Positions 1-10,524 of a DNA stretch of 64,000 bases are shown here, piece by piece. Source of the DNA: Thermoproteota archaeon (GTDB taxonomy: Archaea > Thermoproteota > Thermoprotei_A > Sulfolobales > Ignisphaeraceae); NCBI GenBank assembly GCA_030550585.1, contig JAUQPB010000002.1, positions 32,001 to 96,000 of the forward strand, read 5' to 3'. Both the position numbers and the translations under genes were made by a program. The notes beneath the pieces were generated by a model that was not told the origin of the DNA, searched no databases, and was given only the letters and a program-made list of their open reading frames with translations. Position 1 is the stretch's first letter. The number at the start of each line of letters is the position of its first letter.

Positions 1-429
1 TATGCGGCTTGCAGAATCCATGGAGTTCCAAGAACACTAGACGAGATTTCAAAGTTTGCTAAGAGCACTAGAAAGGAGATTGCAAGATGCTACAGACTGC
101 TCCTCAGAGAGCTTAGCCTGAAGATACCAATTGTTGATGCGGCGGACCATGCTCAAAGAATAGCATCAATTCTAGGATTAAGTGGAGCAACAGTCAAAAC
201 AGCCATTGAGATAATTCAGAAAGCCAGGGAACGGGGGGTCACAGCTGGTAGGGATCCAGCAGGTGTTGCAGCTGCAGCAGTTTATATAGCTGCACTCTTA
301 AACGATGAGAGAAGGACGCAGAAGGAGGTGGCAATGGCTGCAGGCGTTACAGAGGTTACAGTGAGAAATAGATACAAAGAGCTCATCAGTGTTTTGAGTA
401 GTGAAGAGCTTAAGGGTAGTAAAAAGTAG
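1..429 (+). CDS. tfb: Transcription initiation factor IIB (TFB), C-terminal part (5' end outside window)
   Basis: Frame 1 reads [16 protein letters not shown]...[15 protein letters not shown]...[24 protein letters not shown], the TFB cyclin-repeat/HTH signature; stop TAG at 427-429. Confidence 0.95.
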   Translation, partial: YAACRIHGVPRTLDEISKFAKSTRKEIARCYRLLLRELSLKIPIVDAADHAQRIASILGLSGATVKTAIEIIQKARERGVTAGRDPAGVAAAAVYIAALLNDERRTQKEVAMAAGVTEVTVRNRYKELISVLSSEELKGSKK

Positions 430-490
430 CAGATGTAGCAATTCCTCTTTGTATTGTAGACCTAAATGAGTATTTTCCTGACTTAAAGCT

Positions 491-637
491 CTAAATAGCT
501 CTGATAGTTTTTACTTCGCCGCTTCTGGCCTTAGCTATAACTCTGTATCCACAGTAAGGACATCTTACAGTCATCATTACTGCTAGTTGAGATTCGTCAA
601 ACTCTCTTCTGCATCGTATACATATATATTTAGTCAT
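491..637 (-). CDS. rpoP: DNA-directed RNA polymerase subunit P (Rpo12), 48 aa, below the ORF-track cutoff
   Basis: Manual translation MTKYICIRCRREFDESQLAVMMTVRCPYCGYRVIAKARSGEVKTIRAI*; CxxC..RCPYCGYR zinc ribbon. Confidence 0.93.
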   Translation of the reverse strand: MTKYICIRCRREFDESQLAVMMTVRCPYCGYRVIAKARSGEVKTIRAI

Positions 638-746
638 GGTAAGCACCCAGCATGTGTAACATGTGTGTAAATATGTTCAAGCAAAGTTTGTACGAAGTAA
701 ACTTTTAAACTCTTCTGTGCAAAACCTCTTTTGGGCATGTAAGCAA

Positions 747-1058
747 ATGAAATCAGAAGAGTGTATGGGGCTACCACCAGAGCTATGTACACAACTAGAA
801 ATGGAATCACAAGTAATCAAGATCAAGCTGGAACATAGAAAAATGGGTAAGGTTGTCACAGTTGTTGAAGGGATTGATGAAAAAGCATTTGATTTAAAGA
901 AGTTAGCCTCCTATTTGAAAACAAAACTGGCTGCTGGAGGAACTATCAAAAACGGCAGGATAGAGATTCAAGGTGATCATAGATCAAGACTGAAGAAAAT
1001 ATTGATTGAAGAATTCGGCTTCAAGCCAGAGAACATAGTATTCATAGAAGAAGAGTGA
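747..1058 (+). CDS. sui1: Translation initiation factor SUI1/aIF-1
   Basis: [29 protein letters not shown] motifs; ATG 747 is a more likely start than 663. Confidence 0.93.
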   Translation: MKSEECMGLPPELCTQLEMESQVIKIKLEHRKMGKVVTVVEGIDEKAFDLKKLASYLKTKLAAGGTIKNGRIEIQGDHRSRLKKILIEEFGFKPENIVFIEEE

Positions 1059-1198
1059 AAGTGTGGTTGCTATATACAAAAATTTTTGTTTTGCCTTAGA
1101 ATATCGATAGAATTATTTGTGTAGAAGAATATGTTCTTGGTTCAGTGCGAGAGCTTATCATCATATACTTTCTCGGGGCTCAGACGGTTTGCCTATCA

Positions 1199-2128
1199 TC
1201 ACTTTCGGGCAAGTTGTAGCACATACCTGGCAATGCTTTTTGCTGGGTTGATACCGGTAACCTTTTGTATTCCTCTCCACTGGGGCGATGCATTAACTTC
1301 AAAAACTACGTAGCCATCCTTTGTTTCTCCAAAGTCTATACCTGCATAGTGAAGCTTTAAAATATCTAAGATCTTAAGTGAATACTCTTGCAACTCCTTA
1401 TCGAGATTCTCAATAGGTTTTGCGATAGCTCCCTGCGCTATGTTAGTCTTCCAGTTCTGGGGGTCTGTCTGTATTCTATAATAAGCTGCAACAATATCGT
1501 TGCCTACAACCAGCACCCTAATATCTCTGTTCGGTTTCTCGATAAATTCTTGAACATATATAGGCTGTTTTATCTGTGCGAGGGTTTTCCCTATGGTGTA
1601 TGCAAGATCCGGACTATCGACTTTTATAACTCCAAAGCCAAGACTGCCTATAAGAGGCTTTATAACTGCTTTAGAAAGTGTTTCAACAACCTTGACCGCT
1701 GTATAGTGATCTTCTACAACAATGGTCTTTGGAACTGGTATTCCGGCTCTGCTAAGCAGGCATAGGCTCAGATATTTGTCTCTTGCTGTCACATATGACT
1801 CAACCGGGTTTACCACTGGTATGCCTGTAAGCTCTACATGTTTGAATAAATCAACTCTTCGTAGATATGTCTCAACAGTTGTAGCAACACCTAAGTCACG
1901 TAGAATAACAGCATCAAAGTCTACGGGCTTCAAAGAATTTGTGTAGACTATTTCATGGGTTCCACCAATAAATGATGTTATGTCTGATGGTCTTATGTAC
2001 ACAGCTTCGCTGCCTAGCTCCTCTATTGCTAGCATTATTTGTCTGACGCTCCAGGGGGGTACAGGCTTGTCTGCTACAACGCTTACCTTCATATCGATCA
2101 TCATTGTTCTAAGTCTTTCAATAAACAC
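1199..2128 (-). CDS. RimK/LysX-family ATP-grasp ligase
   Basis: DKYLS..L..AGIPVPKT, VIKPLIGSLGFG, YVQEFI..DIRVLVVG, EVNASP. Confidence 0.88.
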   Translation of the reverse strand: MFIERLRTMMIDMKVSVVADKPVPPWSVRQIMLAIEELGSEAVYIRPSDITSFIGGTHEIVYTNSLKPVDFDAVILRDLGVATTVETYLRRVDLFKHVELTGIPVVNPVESYVTARDKYLSLCLLSRAGIPVPKTIVVEDHYTAVKVVETLSKAVIKPLIGSLGFGVIKVDSPDLAYTIGKTLAQIKQPIYVQEFIEKPNRDIRVLVVGNDIVAAYYRIQTDPQNWKTNIAQGAIAKPIENLDKELQEYSLKILDILKLHYAGIDFGETKDGYVVFEVNASPQWRGIQKVTGINPAKSIARYVLQLARK

Positions 2129-2744
2129 TCTTTGTAAGACATATAAGTGTTGTTAGAGATTTGTAAAACATCTCTAGCCATTCTATCGCTATAGTTGAAA
2201 CATATATTGCATCATATTCTCCAGCACCGCCTACAATCAACATCTTCGACTTCATCTCGTTAGTGAAATAAATACCGTGTAGAATATCAGATCCTATTAT
2301 TACACCTAGCTGTGTAGATAGTGGGAGTATATAAGGATAGAATTCGGCGTCGCCATATAAAATTGTTGCTAGTATGAAATATGGCATTACATACCCGAGT
2401 ATATTTATAGCAAAAAACTTGCTGGTGACTATGGTGTTTAACGATGACAATGCTATAGCTAGGCTAATCAGAAAAAATAATGATAGGTAGTCCACATTTT
2501 GAAAGCTCCATAAAGCCATCAGTGCTGATGTTGCCAAAGGAGTTACAGCCCCCCTTAAATCTAATGCCACTTTTTTGCTAATCAATTCAACAACCTTCTT
2601 AGAAGTTTTTAATCTAAGCAAATCTATGCTGAGAACAGCTGCCAGCACCACTATAGCTATTAACACATTTTTCAAAGCCGCAAAGCTATAAGCAATTACT
2701 GTTGCTATAAATAGGATGTGGATTTTTGTATTCAATAGAAGCAC
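2118..2744 (-). CDS. Membrane protein, DUF1614-like
   Basis: Multiple hydrophobic segments; LGVIIGSDILH...GGAGEYDAI C-terminal motif. Confidence 0.6.
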   Translation of the reverse strand: MLLLNTKIHILFIATVIAYSFAALKNVLIAIVVLAAVLSIDLLRLKTSKKVVELISKKVALDLRGAVTPLATSALMALWSFQNVDYLSLFFLISLAIALSSLNTIVTSKFFAINILGYVMPYFILATILYGDAEFYPYILPLSTQLGVIIGSDILHGIYFTNEMKSKMLIVGGAGEYDAIYVSTIAIEWLEMFYKSLTTLICLTKSVY

Positions 2745-2811
2745 CTTTTAGTGCATTTAATAAAGTAAATAAATTAAGTTGTGAGACTGTTTATCTCAAG
2801 GTGATGGAAAG

Positions 2812-3624
2812 ATGATAACGGAGGTTATTAAAGCTCTATTCTATGCATGTAACAGCTACCCCAAGGTGTCAGCCCCTCATAGATATAGCCTATCAGATGA
2901 TTTCGAGTTATGCGTCCTCTCCTCGATATTGCCAGCTACAACATCTTATGACTCTGTCTATAACATTGTTGTCGAACTCAGATCTGGAAGAAGAACTGTG
3001 AGAGAGTTGGAAATAGGCAAAATGATTGCGAAAAACATTACGACTCTTTTAAAGGAACTAGGATACAATATTCGAATATCAATTGTTGCATCAACAACAA
3101 TTTTTTTGTATGTAGATGCTTATCTTTCTAATAGAATAGAGAAAGACTTTCACGAAGCTGTTAAAAAAGTTTTTAATGCTTTAAATTTGACACCATCCCA
3201 AGAAACAGTTGAACTACTCAGGATTTTTAATAGTGTAGGTGGGGAGCTTCGCAGAATTATTGATGTATGTGAACTTACCGAGAGGAGGATACTTACTGAG
3301 GATCTAAGCTTAGGCCAGCTCTTTTCAATTATATCAAGATATAGCAGGGATTTCACATTCTTTACCTCACCACAAAGAATATTGGATGTTTTAACAATGG
3401 CGGACAACCTCTTCAAATCTCTTCAAAACGTCAATGCTATTCTAGTAAAAATATTCTTAGAGCTTGCAAAAGATGAGACTCAAATTAGAATAGACTTTGA
3501 TAAAGTGGCTTTAGCCAGCATAATAAAAATGGATTTGGAGATGAGAAAGAAGGGCGTTGATCTCACACATCTAATGCCTTATGTAATGCTGGCGTCTCTC
3601 TACTTAGTGAAAACTAAATTGTGA
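2812..3624 (+). CDS. Divergent CitG-like (triphosphoribosyl-dephospho-CoA synthase family) protein
   Basis: N-terminal PK...HRY...DF pattern and helical body; neighbour of a RimK-like ligase as often seen in archaea. Confidence 0.4.
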   Translation: MITEVIKALFYACNSYPKVSAPHRYSLSDDFELCVLSSILPATTSYDSVYNIVVELRSGRRTVRELEIGKMIAKNITTLLKELGYNIRISIVASTTIFLYVDAYLSNRIEKDFHEAVKKVFNALNLTPSQETVELLRIFNSVGGELRRIIDVCELTERRILTEDLSLGQLFSIISRYSRDFTFFTSPQRILDVLTMADNLFKSLQNVNAILVKIFLELAKDETQIRIDFDKVALASIIKMDLEMRKKGVDLTHLMPYVMLASLYLVKTKL

Positions 3625-4324
3625 TTACTTTAGCGCCCTTATTAGCAGGTATGGAAACATTGTAAATAGTCGTACCATTTATTCTAGCCTCTATTTTTCG
3701 AGCGTGATGGGCATGACCATGTATAGCAATATCAGGCTTTACATCAATGCTTTCTATTATAGGGTATCCCAGGAACTGATATATCGCTGGATTTTCCCCA
3801 GCTATTGTAAGGTAACTTGAGGCATAGTGTGTTATCAAGATGGTGTAGTAATCTTTTTTGCAAACCCTAATCATGTTTATAATGCTCTCCAGACTCTTGG
3901 AATAAATGTCCTCAATTCCTCTAATATTTCTTTGCTGCCACACAGTGGGCTTTTTCAATACACCTCGACCTCCAACAAAACAGACCTCAGATTCACCTAG
4001 CTTAACAACCTTATGATTATTGTTGAGCCATATTACTTGGGGATATGTGGAATAGTAGCTTTCTTCAGTACCAAAATACTCCTCATTGCCAAATACTGCT
4101 ACGACAATTGGTCTGCTATAGATATTTGGAAAAAGCTTCTGTAGAGCAGATAATACCACTCTCATATGGTCAATTCTTCCCTTATCAACAATATCTCCAG
4201 CCATAACAATAACATCAACATTATTAACATTAATTCTATTTAGCGAAGATATCAACATATTTAGGTATTGCATGCCATGAACATCAGCAAAAGCAACGAT
4301 GTTTATAGTCATAATTCTGATCAA
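3614..4324 (-). CDS. Calcineurin-like metallophosphoesterase
   Basis: DVHG, AGD, FGNEE, THY, HGHAH motifs. Confidence 0.88.
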   Translation of the reverse strand: MIRIMTINIVAFADVHGMQYLNMLISSLNRINVNNVDVIVMAGDIVDKGRIDHMRVVLSALQKLFPNIYSRPIVVAVFGNEEYFGTEESYYSTYPQVIWLNNNHKVVKLGESEVCFVGGRGVLKKPTVWQQRNIRGIEDIYSKSLESIINMIRVCKKDYYTILITHYASSYLTIAGENPAIYQFLGYPIIESIDVKPDIAIHGHAHHARKIEARINGTTIYNVSIPANKGAKVITI

Positions 4325-4409
4325 CCAAAAACAGAATCTAGCATCTCAGCTTATAAAATCTGTACAATGATTCAGATTTGTAAAGCCAAAGATATTAAGG
4401 TGCTAAACA

Positions 4410-4634
4410 ATGTTAAGGCCTAGGGGATGTAACGCATCAGGGCATAAGGGCTGGCATGAGGTTAAATGCTCTATATGTGCCAAGAAGCTTTATCTAGGAG
4501 ATGACATCGTTTATCAATGCCCTAAGTGTGGAGCCAAATACAATTTGTATTATTGTCAAGCAGATGCTAAGAGACTTCACATGAAATGTCCGTTTTGCGG
4601 CTCAGACCTTGTATTAGTGGTATACCCTAGCTAG
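4410..4634 (+). CDS. Small zinc-finger protein
   Basis: CSIC, CPKC, CQAD, CPFC motifs in 74 aa. Confidence 0.7.
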   Translation: MLRPRGCNASGHKGWHEVKCSICAKKLYLGDDIVYQCPKCGAKYNLYYCQADAKRLHMKCPFCGSDLVLVVYPS

Positions 4635-4643
4635 AGGGTTGAT

Positions 4644-5003
4644 ATGGAAGTAAGAGACTATTACATTGATAATCATAGAAAGGTTGTGTTTGTGAGCGAA
4701 GGCGGGTCAACAACCATAATATCCGACCTATATCCATGCCAAATAGAACACGAAGACAATTCCAAAGATATTTATAAAATGATAGAAATAGATAACGTGA
4801 AAATAATTACTAAGCATATTAATGTACCTAAACCGTTTACTGATGGAATGTTGGAAATAGCGTGCATAGGCTCGACAGATAAATGTTTTTCAACAAGTAT
4901 AATACTAAAGCTTCCACACGAAATCAACAATGTTTCAGAAATCGAAAGAGTGATAAAGGATGCTATATTCTCTTATGAGAAATGTCTACAAAACCAAAAG
5001 TGA
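4644..5003 (+). CDS. Hypothetical protein
   Basis: 119-aa ORF 9 nt after the Zn-finger gene, purine-rich upstream sequence. Confidence 0.55.
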   Translation: MEVRDYYIDNHRKVVFVSEGGSTTIISDLYPCQIEHEDNSKDIYKMIEIDNVKIITKHINVPKPFTDGMLEIACIGSTDKCFSTSIILKLPHEINNVSEIERVIKDAIFSYEKCLQNQK

Positions 5004-5050
5004 ATAATTTAGCATAGTTCAGAACATCGAAGAAATGCAAAGTACGGAAT

Positions 5051-5377
5051 TCACTTACGAATTACTTCAAGAAGTCTCTTCAATTCTTCCTGAACCATAA
5101 TCTCAATATCTTTGGAGTGAACTCTTATAAGATGGAGATACATCCCCCTCTTTGTGAATGGTCCTTTATCACAGAGGTTGCATCTCATACCATTATTTCT
5201 TTTTACAAGCATTGAAGCCATTTTTTCAACAGATTTTTCGAAGATAGGGGCAATAGATGGTGCTACTAGGTCGTCCAATTCATATTTTTGTGCAAGTGAA
5301 GATGCCTTGCGGGCCACATATTCCACTATTTTCTTTAGCGCAATTTCTTGCCTCATTCTAGAGCTACACCCTTTCAT
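5051..5377 (-). CDS. C2H2-type zinc-finger protein
   Basis: CNLCDKGPFTKRGMYLHLIRVH. Confidence 0.7.
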   Translation of the reverse strand: MKGCSSRMRQEIALKKIVEYVARKASSLAQKYELDDLVAPSIAPIFEKSVEKMASMLVKRNNGMRCNLCDKGPFTKRGMYLHLIRVHSKDIEIMVQEELKRLLEVIRK

Positions 5378-5545
5378 ATAGTATCTATCGCGAATTTACC
5401 TATTTTAAGGTGTGAGTCCTAACACCTACACAGTTCCCTATCCTACTAATAATAGATGTTAAAACAACATGTTTGGTTGATGACAGGAATTTATCATAAA
5501 AACATATAAAATTGATGTTGGCACATATAGCTACAGGTAACAAAC

Positions 5546-6868
5546 TTGTGCAGCTATAGAAAATGTGATAAAAAGGTAGGATTTGCTACAGTAGTGCTAT
5601 TATTATTTGTGATGCAAATCCCCTATGAATTGAAAGGACAAAACAATGTATTGCTCGTTGATGAGCATGATATTCAATGGGTATACACAAATAATTCTGT
5701 TCCACAATCACTATACAAGGATTTCTCAATAGCACTCTCTTACAGCGGTATAAAAGCGACATTTAGCATGGAAACGAGTCTGGTTAACCAGAGTGTTACA
5801 TCTACAGTCAACTTCACTATAAACATTGTTGGAGGCGAACGAATACATTACCTGTATACATCACTCATAGAAATCAACAATTCGAAAAAGCTTATAGAAA
5901 ACGTGGAAGGAAACATTGCAATAGATAAGAATACAATATTGGTACAGTGGCACAAGCATGAGGTAGTAATGTCAGGCAAATTTAATGAAACGCGTGCTTG
6001 GATTCCATTCAAGCAACCATTAGTAGAGCTACTGAATAATGCATCAATTAATCCTGGCAAGGTTATAACAGATGCTAGCGGAGTTTATGTAGCAGAGGCC
6101 ACTCAAGACAACTTCAAATCTATTTACTATCTCTTTGACGTTTATGTAAATAAGAGTAGGTACCTAAGCCTTTACACAAACTCTATACAGAGCTGTGCTG
6201 TACTTGATTCTCTTCCAATGAGAACAGACATAAACATGGACATTAAGATGAGTAGATATATGAGTAAATATGGTATATCAGTAGAAGGCTCTATGCCTAG
6301 CGACATAGTAAACGGATACAAAGCAACTTTATGTATACTACCTCTGTTGATTAAGCTTCAAGACTTGATTCAACACATAGAGGCTGATATGACGCAAATG
6401 AAAATTCATAGTTCTGCATCATTTAATCTATTTTTAACATCGTTTATACCAACTTTTTTGAGAAATATTGCAAACAATGTAATAAATGGTTATGTAAATG
6501 TGATTTCATCGCCTTACCTAAAGGGACATAGCAATGCAATAGTTGTTTCACTCTATAATTACTCTTCTTCGAATATGGCGATGGCAATGGCAATATATAG
6601 TATGAACTACACCAATAATATGAATTACAAGGAGCTCTTGTGCAACCTGTCAAACTATATCATGACCCCCTTTATTAATCAGAATATTTGTAGCGAAATA
6701 AATAAAGCAGTTATGATTATAGGACATGCAAATACAACAACACCAGCTACACAAGGAATCCCTATTAACATGTTTTTAGCATTGCTTGCACTGATTATAG
6801 TGATAGTGGCTGTGGAGACTGGAATAGTGGTATACATGACTATAAAAATTGCGAAACGCAAAAAATGA
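5546..6868 (+). CDS. Secreted/surface protein with C-terminal membrane anchor
   Basis: N-terminal hydrophobic stretch, many NxS/T sequons, C-terminal TM followed by basic tail KRKK. Confidence 0.6.
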   Translation: MCSYRKCDKKVGFATVVLLLFVMQIPYELKGQNNVLLVDEHDIQWVYTNNSVPQSLYKDFSIALSYSGIKATFSMETSLVNQSVTSTVNFTINIVGGERIHYLYTSLIEINNSKKLIENVEGNIAIDKNTILVQWHKHEVVMSGKFNETRAWIPFKQPLVELLNNASINPGKVITDASGVYVAEATQDNFKSIYYLFDVYVNKSRYLSLYTNSIQSCAVLDSLPMRTDINMDIKMSRYMSKYGISVEGSMPSDIVNGYKATLCILPLLIKLQDLIQHIEADMTQMKIHSSASFNLFLTSFIPTFLRNIANNVINGYVNVISSPYLKGHSNAIVVSLYNYSSSNMAMAMAIYSMNYTNNMNYKELLCNLSNYIMTPFINQNICSEINKAVMIIGHANTTTPATQGIPINMFLALLALIIVIVAVETGIVVYMTIKIAKRKK

Positions 6869-7729
6869 TCAGTATACACCCATTAGAAGTAGTGCTACCA
6901 TTCTCTTTCCATTAATGAACCTTGTGCTAACTCTCCTAGACCTTAGCACATTATCAACGTATTCAGAATTCAGCAACATGCTTGTATCAATTTTCTTAGA
7001 TCCTATAACAAAATTGCATGAGTATCCAAATGATGGTATCCAAACCTGGTATTCAGCAACGTACTTGAATACTGATTTGATGCTATTAGCTACATTATCG
7101 TAAACTTGTGTGTAGAAGAATCTTGAACCAGCTTGAGTAACCATAACACCGTTCTCTGTTAATATGCCATTTATTCTGTCAAAGAATTGTTTTGTATATA
7201 AATCTTTTGCTATATCACTTGAGTAAGGATCGGTCAGATCAAGTATAACAACATCATATTGCGCACCTTTTTCATATTCTTTTTCGACAAATCTTTTTCC
7301 ATCTTCAATTACTACTCTAGCCCTCTTGTCAAAGAAAGATCCCTGATGCATCTCTGGCAAGTATTCTTTGGCTAGCTCAACAACATCCTTATCTATATCA
7401 ACCATAAAAGCCTCTTCAACAGTGCTATGCTTTAAGACTTCTCTAAGAGTGGCACCCTCACCTCCACCTATTATTAAAACTCTTCTAGGATTTGGATGGA
7501 GAACCATGGCCGGGTGAACAAGGGATTCATGATATATGAACTCATCAGATGTTGTGCTCTGAAGATACCCATCTAGAACAAGAGCTTTTCCAAAGTCCTC
7601 GACATCGGCTACTATAATTTCTTGAAAAGGCGACCTCTTAATTGTGATGAGGGCGCGTGTCTTTACCACCATTAAACTATTTTTGCCGATTCCCTGAACT
7701 ATTACGGTTCCTAACATCATTTTCCTCAC
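6869..7729 (-). CDS. speE: Polyamine aminopropyltransferase (spermidine synthase family)
   Basis: LVLDG..Q, YHESLVHPAM, VLIIGGGEGATLRE, DVVILDLTDP. Confidence 0.95.
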   Translation of the reverse strand: MRKMMLGTVIVQGIGKNSLMVVKTRALITIKRSPFQEIIVADVEDFGKALVLDGYLQSTTSDEFIYHESLVHPAMVLHPNPRRVLIIGGGEGATLREVLKHSTVEEAFMVDIDKDVVELAKEYLPEMHQGSFFDKRARVVIEDGKRFVEKEYEKGAQYDVVILDLTDPYSSDIAKDLYTKQFFDRINGILTENGVMVTQAGSRFFYTQVYDNVANSIKSVFKYVAEYQVWIPSFGYSCNFVIGSKKIDTSMLLNSEYVDNVLRSRRVSTRFINGKRMVALLLMGVY

Positions 7730-7801
7730 ATTAATTATGCTTATTTAATGCTAAAATTTAAATATAGCTTTAAAATGCTTTTGTGTGTAAATTTGGAGGT
7801 T

Positions 7802-7868
7802 GTGTGATGACCATACTAAACGCTGATCACCTTCTACTGACTGGTGATGTGGGGCCAAAGCGCTGATG
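7802..7868 (+). ncRNA. C/D-box sRNA; D guide complementary to the tRNA-Gln(UUG) anticodon arm
   Basis: C GTGATGA 7804-7810, D' CTGA 7823-7826, C' GTGATGT 7844-7850, D CTGA 7863-7866; guide GGGGCCAAAGC pairs 11/11 with the tRNA-Gln in this window. Confidence 0.8.
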
Positions 7869-7906
7869 AGCAAAGATGTAGCATGTTCAGCATTAAATTC
7901 CATACT

Positions 7907-8581
7907 TTAACTGATCTCTAGCCCTCTTATCATATTAGCTTGATGGTGTATCATTTCCAGCAAGTTATTGTTGGGGCTTTTTATAACAATTTTTATTGAA
8001 TTTTTCTCTACAATAGTTACTATACTACCCCTGACAATACCTGCATGCACTAACTTCATTACTAAATCATCTTGAAATGAACACATAATTCTTGTTATCT
8101 TCACTCTTGTACCAGCATTAAACATTGTCAATGGTTTGTCGCCTTCAATTTCACGAAGCTCTTTCTCATTATATTCTGGGAGCCCTGGAATTGGGTTTCC
8201 ATGTGGGCACACACTAGGTTTTTTCATAAATATCCATAGTTTATCGAAGAACTCGGGAGGCATGTGCTCTAGCATATGAGCATACTCATGTGCTTTGAGA
8301 AGGTCAAACCCAAGATAGTAGTAGAGAAAGTATTCTGCTAGTCTATGTCTCTTAACTATACTTGTAGCGATCTTCCTTCCCTTCTCACTTAACCTAACAC
8401 CTTCATATGGAAGCCACACCACGTAGCCATTAGATTCTAACTTCTTCAAGGTTTTGGAGACTGTTGCTGCAGTGACCTTGAGCTCCTTTGCAATATCGCC
8501 TGTCTTAGCATACCCTAGCACCTCCTCTAATCTATAAATAGCTTTTAGATAGTCTTCTAGAGTTCTTGAATCTCTATTCAA
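7907..8581 (-). CDS. DtxR/MntR-family metal-dependent regulator with FeoA domain
   Basis: EDYLKAIY, HRLAEYFL, AHMLEH, CPHGNPIP; TTG start near 8581 inferred. Confidence 0.92.
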   Translation of the reverse strand: MNRDSRTLEDYLKAIYRLEEVLGYAKTGDIAKELKVTAATVSKTLKKLESNGYVVWLPYEGVRLSEKGRKIATSIVKRHRLAEYFLYYYLGFDLLKAHEYAHMLEHMPPEFFDKLWIFMKKPSVCPHGNPIPGLPEYNEKELREIEGDKPLTMFNAGTRVKITRIMCSFQDDLVMKLVHAGIVRGSIVTIVEKNSIKIVIKSPNNNLLEMIHHQANMIRGLEIS

Positions 8582-8770
8582 AAGTTTGTCCCAAAAGCAT
8601 ATGCTAAATAAAAAACTATTATAGATTTCTTTAATAAAATGATTGATTGGATCCATTCTTATCTTAAAAACAACATCTCAAATTACAGACATGTAATCAA
8701 GGTTCTGCAAAACCCTTACAGTTTATAGAGTAACTGGCTAGAACTAAATATAAATGGATAGGGTAAAGAA

Positions 8771-9130
8771 ATGTTAGAAAGGCTATCAAAAGCCATCAAA
8801 GAGGTAAACATAAGTACAACAAAGATTAGGGCGACATTCAGCAAATCGGTGAGAGGAGGATCTAAGTTCAAGATATTTAGGGGTAGAAAAAACTTAGAGG
8901 AGGATATATCCGACATCGCTACAGTACTTGTTAATATAATGTTAATGGGCAAGGAGAAGGCAAGCAAGTGCAGATACTACGATACTGAGACAGGTTCGTG
9001 TATGTTCCATAGACCAAATGTTATGGTACCAACTCTAGAATACGTAAGTAAAAATGGTATTCTATACATTAACGTATCTAAACATCCGGAGATATGTGCA
9101 GCATGTCCTTATTGGACTCCCAAACAATGA
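8771..9130 (+). CDS. Hypothetical Cys-rich protein
   Basis: 119-aa ORF with C..C..CAACPYW. Confidence 0.6.
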   Translation: MLERLSKAIKEVNISTTKIRATFSKSVRGGSKFKIFRGRKNLEEDISDIATVLVNIMLMGKEKASKCRYYDTETGSCMFHRPNVMVPTLEYVSKNGILYINVSKHPEICAACPYWTPKQ

Positions 9131-9203
9131 GCATCCAGATATGAGATACGTTTCTTTTATAAACTTTAAAATTCTGTATAAGCAATCCATATTGTGAAAC
9201 ACC

Positions 9204-9878
9204 GTGTTGATAGTTGCTCTAGATCCTCCAAATTATGTTGATGTCGTAGAATGGATTGAAAGGAGATATAATGAACTTAAAGATATTGTTCAAGGCTTTA
9301 AGCTAGGATTACCGGCAATTATAAGGGTTGGTGTAGAAACTATCAGCAAAATCTTCAAAGAATACAACGGTCTTTTAATTGCTGATTTGAAACTTGCTGA
9401 TATAGGAGATATAATGGCCCTTACAGCAAGTATTTTGAAAGAACATGGCTTCAACGCTGTAATAGCCCATGCCTTTGTCGGATACAAGCAAGCAATTGAC
9501 GAACTTAGCAATGTTTGTAAAAAGGAGGGTTTGAAGCTCATACTAGTTGTTTCAATGTCTCACAAGGGCTCTGAGGAGTTTCTAGACAGGCATTTGGAGG
9601 GTTTTATCGAGGTTGCTAGAATTGCTGGTGCCTGGGGTCTTGTAGCACCAGCTACAAGACCTATGATCATAAAAAAAGTTAGGGAGGTTGTTGATAGCGA
9701 AATGAAGATCTTATCTCCTGGCGTTGGGGTGCAAGGTGCTGAGCCAGGCACGGCGCTATGCCATGGTGCCGACTACGAGATTGTTGGAAGAGCCATAGCA
9801 TATGCTGATAATGTGAGGCAAAACGCTTTAAAGATTTTAGAGATTCAGAGGCAAAGGGCGGCAAAATGTCGTGGATAG
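9204..9878 (+). CDS. pyrF: Orotidine-5'-phosphate decarboxylase
   Basis: LIVALD, DLKLADIG, SPGVGVQG, IVGRAI. Confidence 0.96.
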   Translation: MLIVALDPPNYVDVVEWIERRYNELKDIVQGFKLGLPAIIRVGVETISKIFKEYNGLLIADLKLADIGDIMALTASILKEHGFNAVIAHAFVGYKQAIDELSNVCKKEGLKLILVVSMSHKGSEEFLDRHLEGFIEVARIAGAWGLVAPATRPMIIKKVREVVDSEMKILSPGVGVQGAEPGTALCHGADYEIVGRAIAYADNVRQNALKILEIQRQRAAKCRG

Positions 9879-10468
9879 TAGATCTATATAAGTATGGAAT
9901 GATTAAAATAGGCAGTTTTAGACTGACTTCAGGATTGGAAAGCCCTTACTACATAGATTTGCGTCTTTTGTATAGCTTTCCAGAGCTTAGGAATAGGGTG
10001 ATAAGCGAAATCATATCGAGGTTTAGCATATTAAAGCAATGTGATGTTGTTTTAGGTGTTGCGACAAGCGGGTTGGTGTTGGCATCTATAATAGCAGATA
10101 GACTGGGCAAACCTCTTGCCTATGTAAGGATCGAGAAAAAGGAGCACGGGACAAAATCGTTGGTAGAGGGAATAGTTAGCGACAAATATGTTGTAATAGT
10201 TGATGATGTTGCTACAACAGGCGGCTCTATAGAGCATGCAGTAGTTGCAGTCAAGGATTTGGGAGGTAGACCTGTAGCAGCTGTCACAGTAATTGATAGA
10301 GAACAAGGGGCGAGAGAGAGGCTGAGGAAATATGGGATTGAATTATATAGTTTGGTCACAGCTCGTGAGATTTTCGATATCCTCTACAGCAATGGGTACA
10401 TAGGGTTCGATATGTACAATAAGATAATTAGGTATATTCAAGATACAAATGTAAGTAACATGCTGTAG
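9866..10468 (+). CDS. pyrE: Orotate phosphoribosyltransferase
   Basis: [28 protein letters not shown] motif. Confidence 0.96.
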   Translation: MSWIVDLYKYGMIKIGSFRLTSGLESPYYIDLRLLYSFPELRNRVISEIISRFSILKQCDVVLGVATSGLVLASIIADRLGKPLAYVRIEKKEHGTKSLVEGIVSDKYVVIVDDVATTGGSIEHAVVAVKDLGGRPVAAVTVIDREQGARERLRKYGIELYSLVTAREIFDILYSNGYIGFDMYNKIIRYIQDTNVSNML

Positions 10469-10524
10469 AATGCAAGCCGAAGAGCTTATATTTTTGTGCA
10501 GCTAAACGATTTTCCTGGGTCTTT

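Noticed and set aside
560-580. ATGATGA on the minus strand as a C box
   Set aside because: It lies within the rpoP coding frame (Met-Met-Thr).
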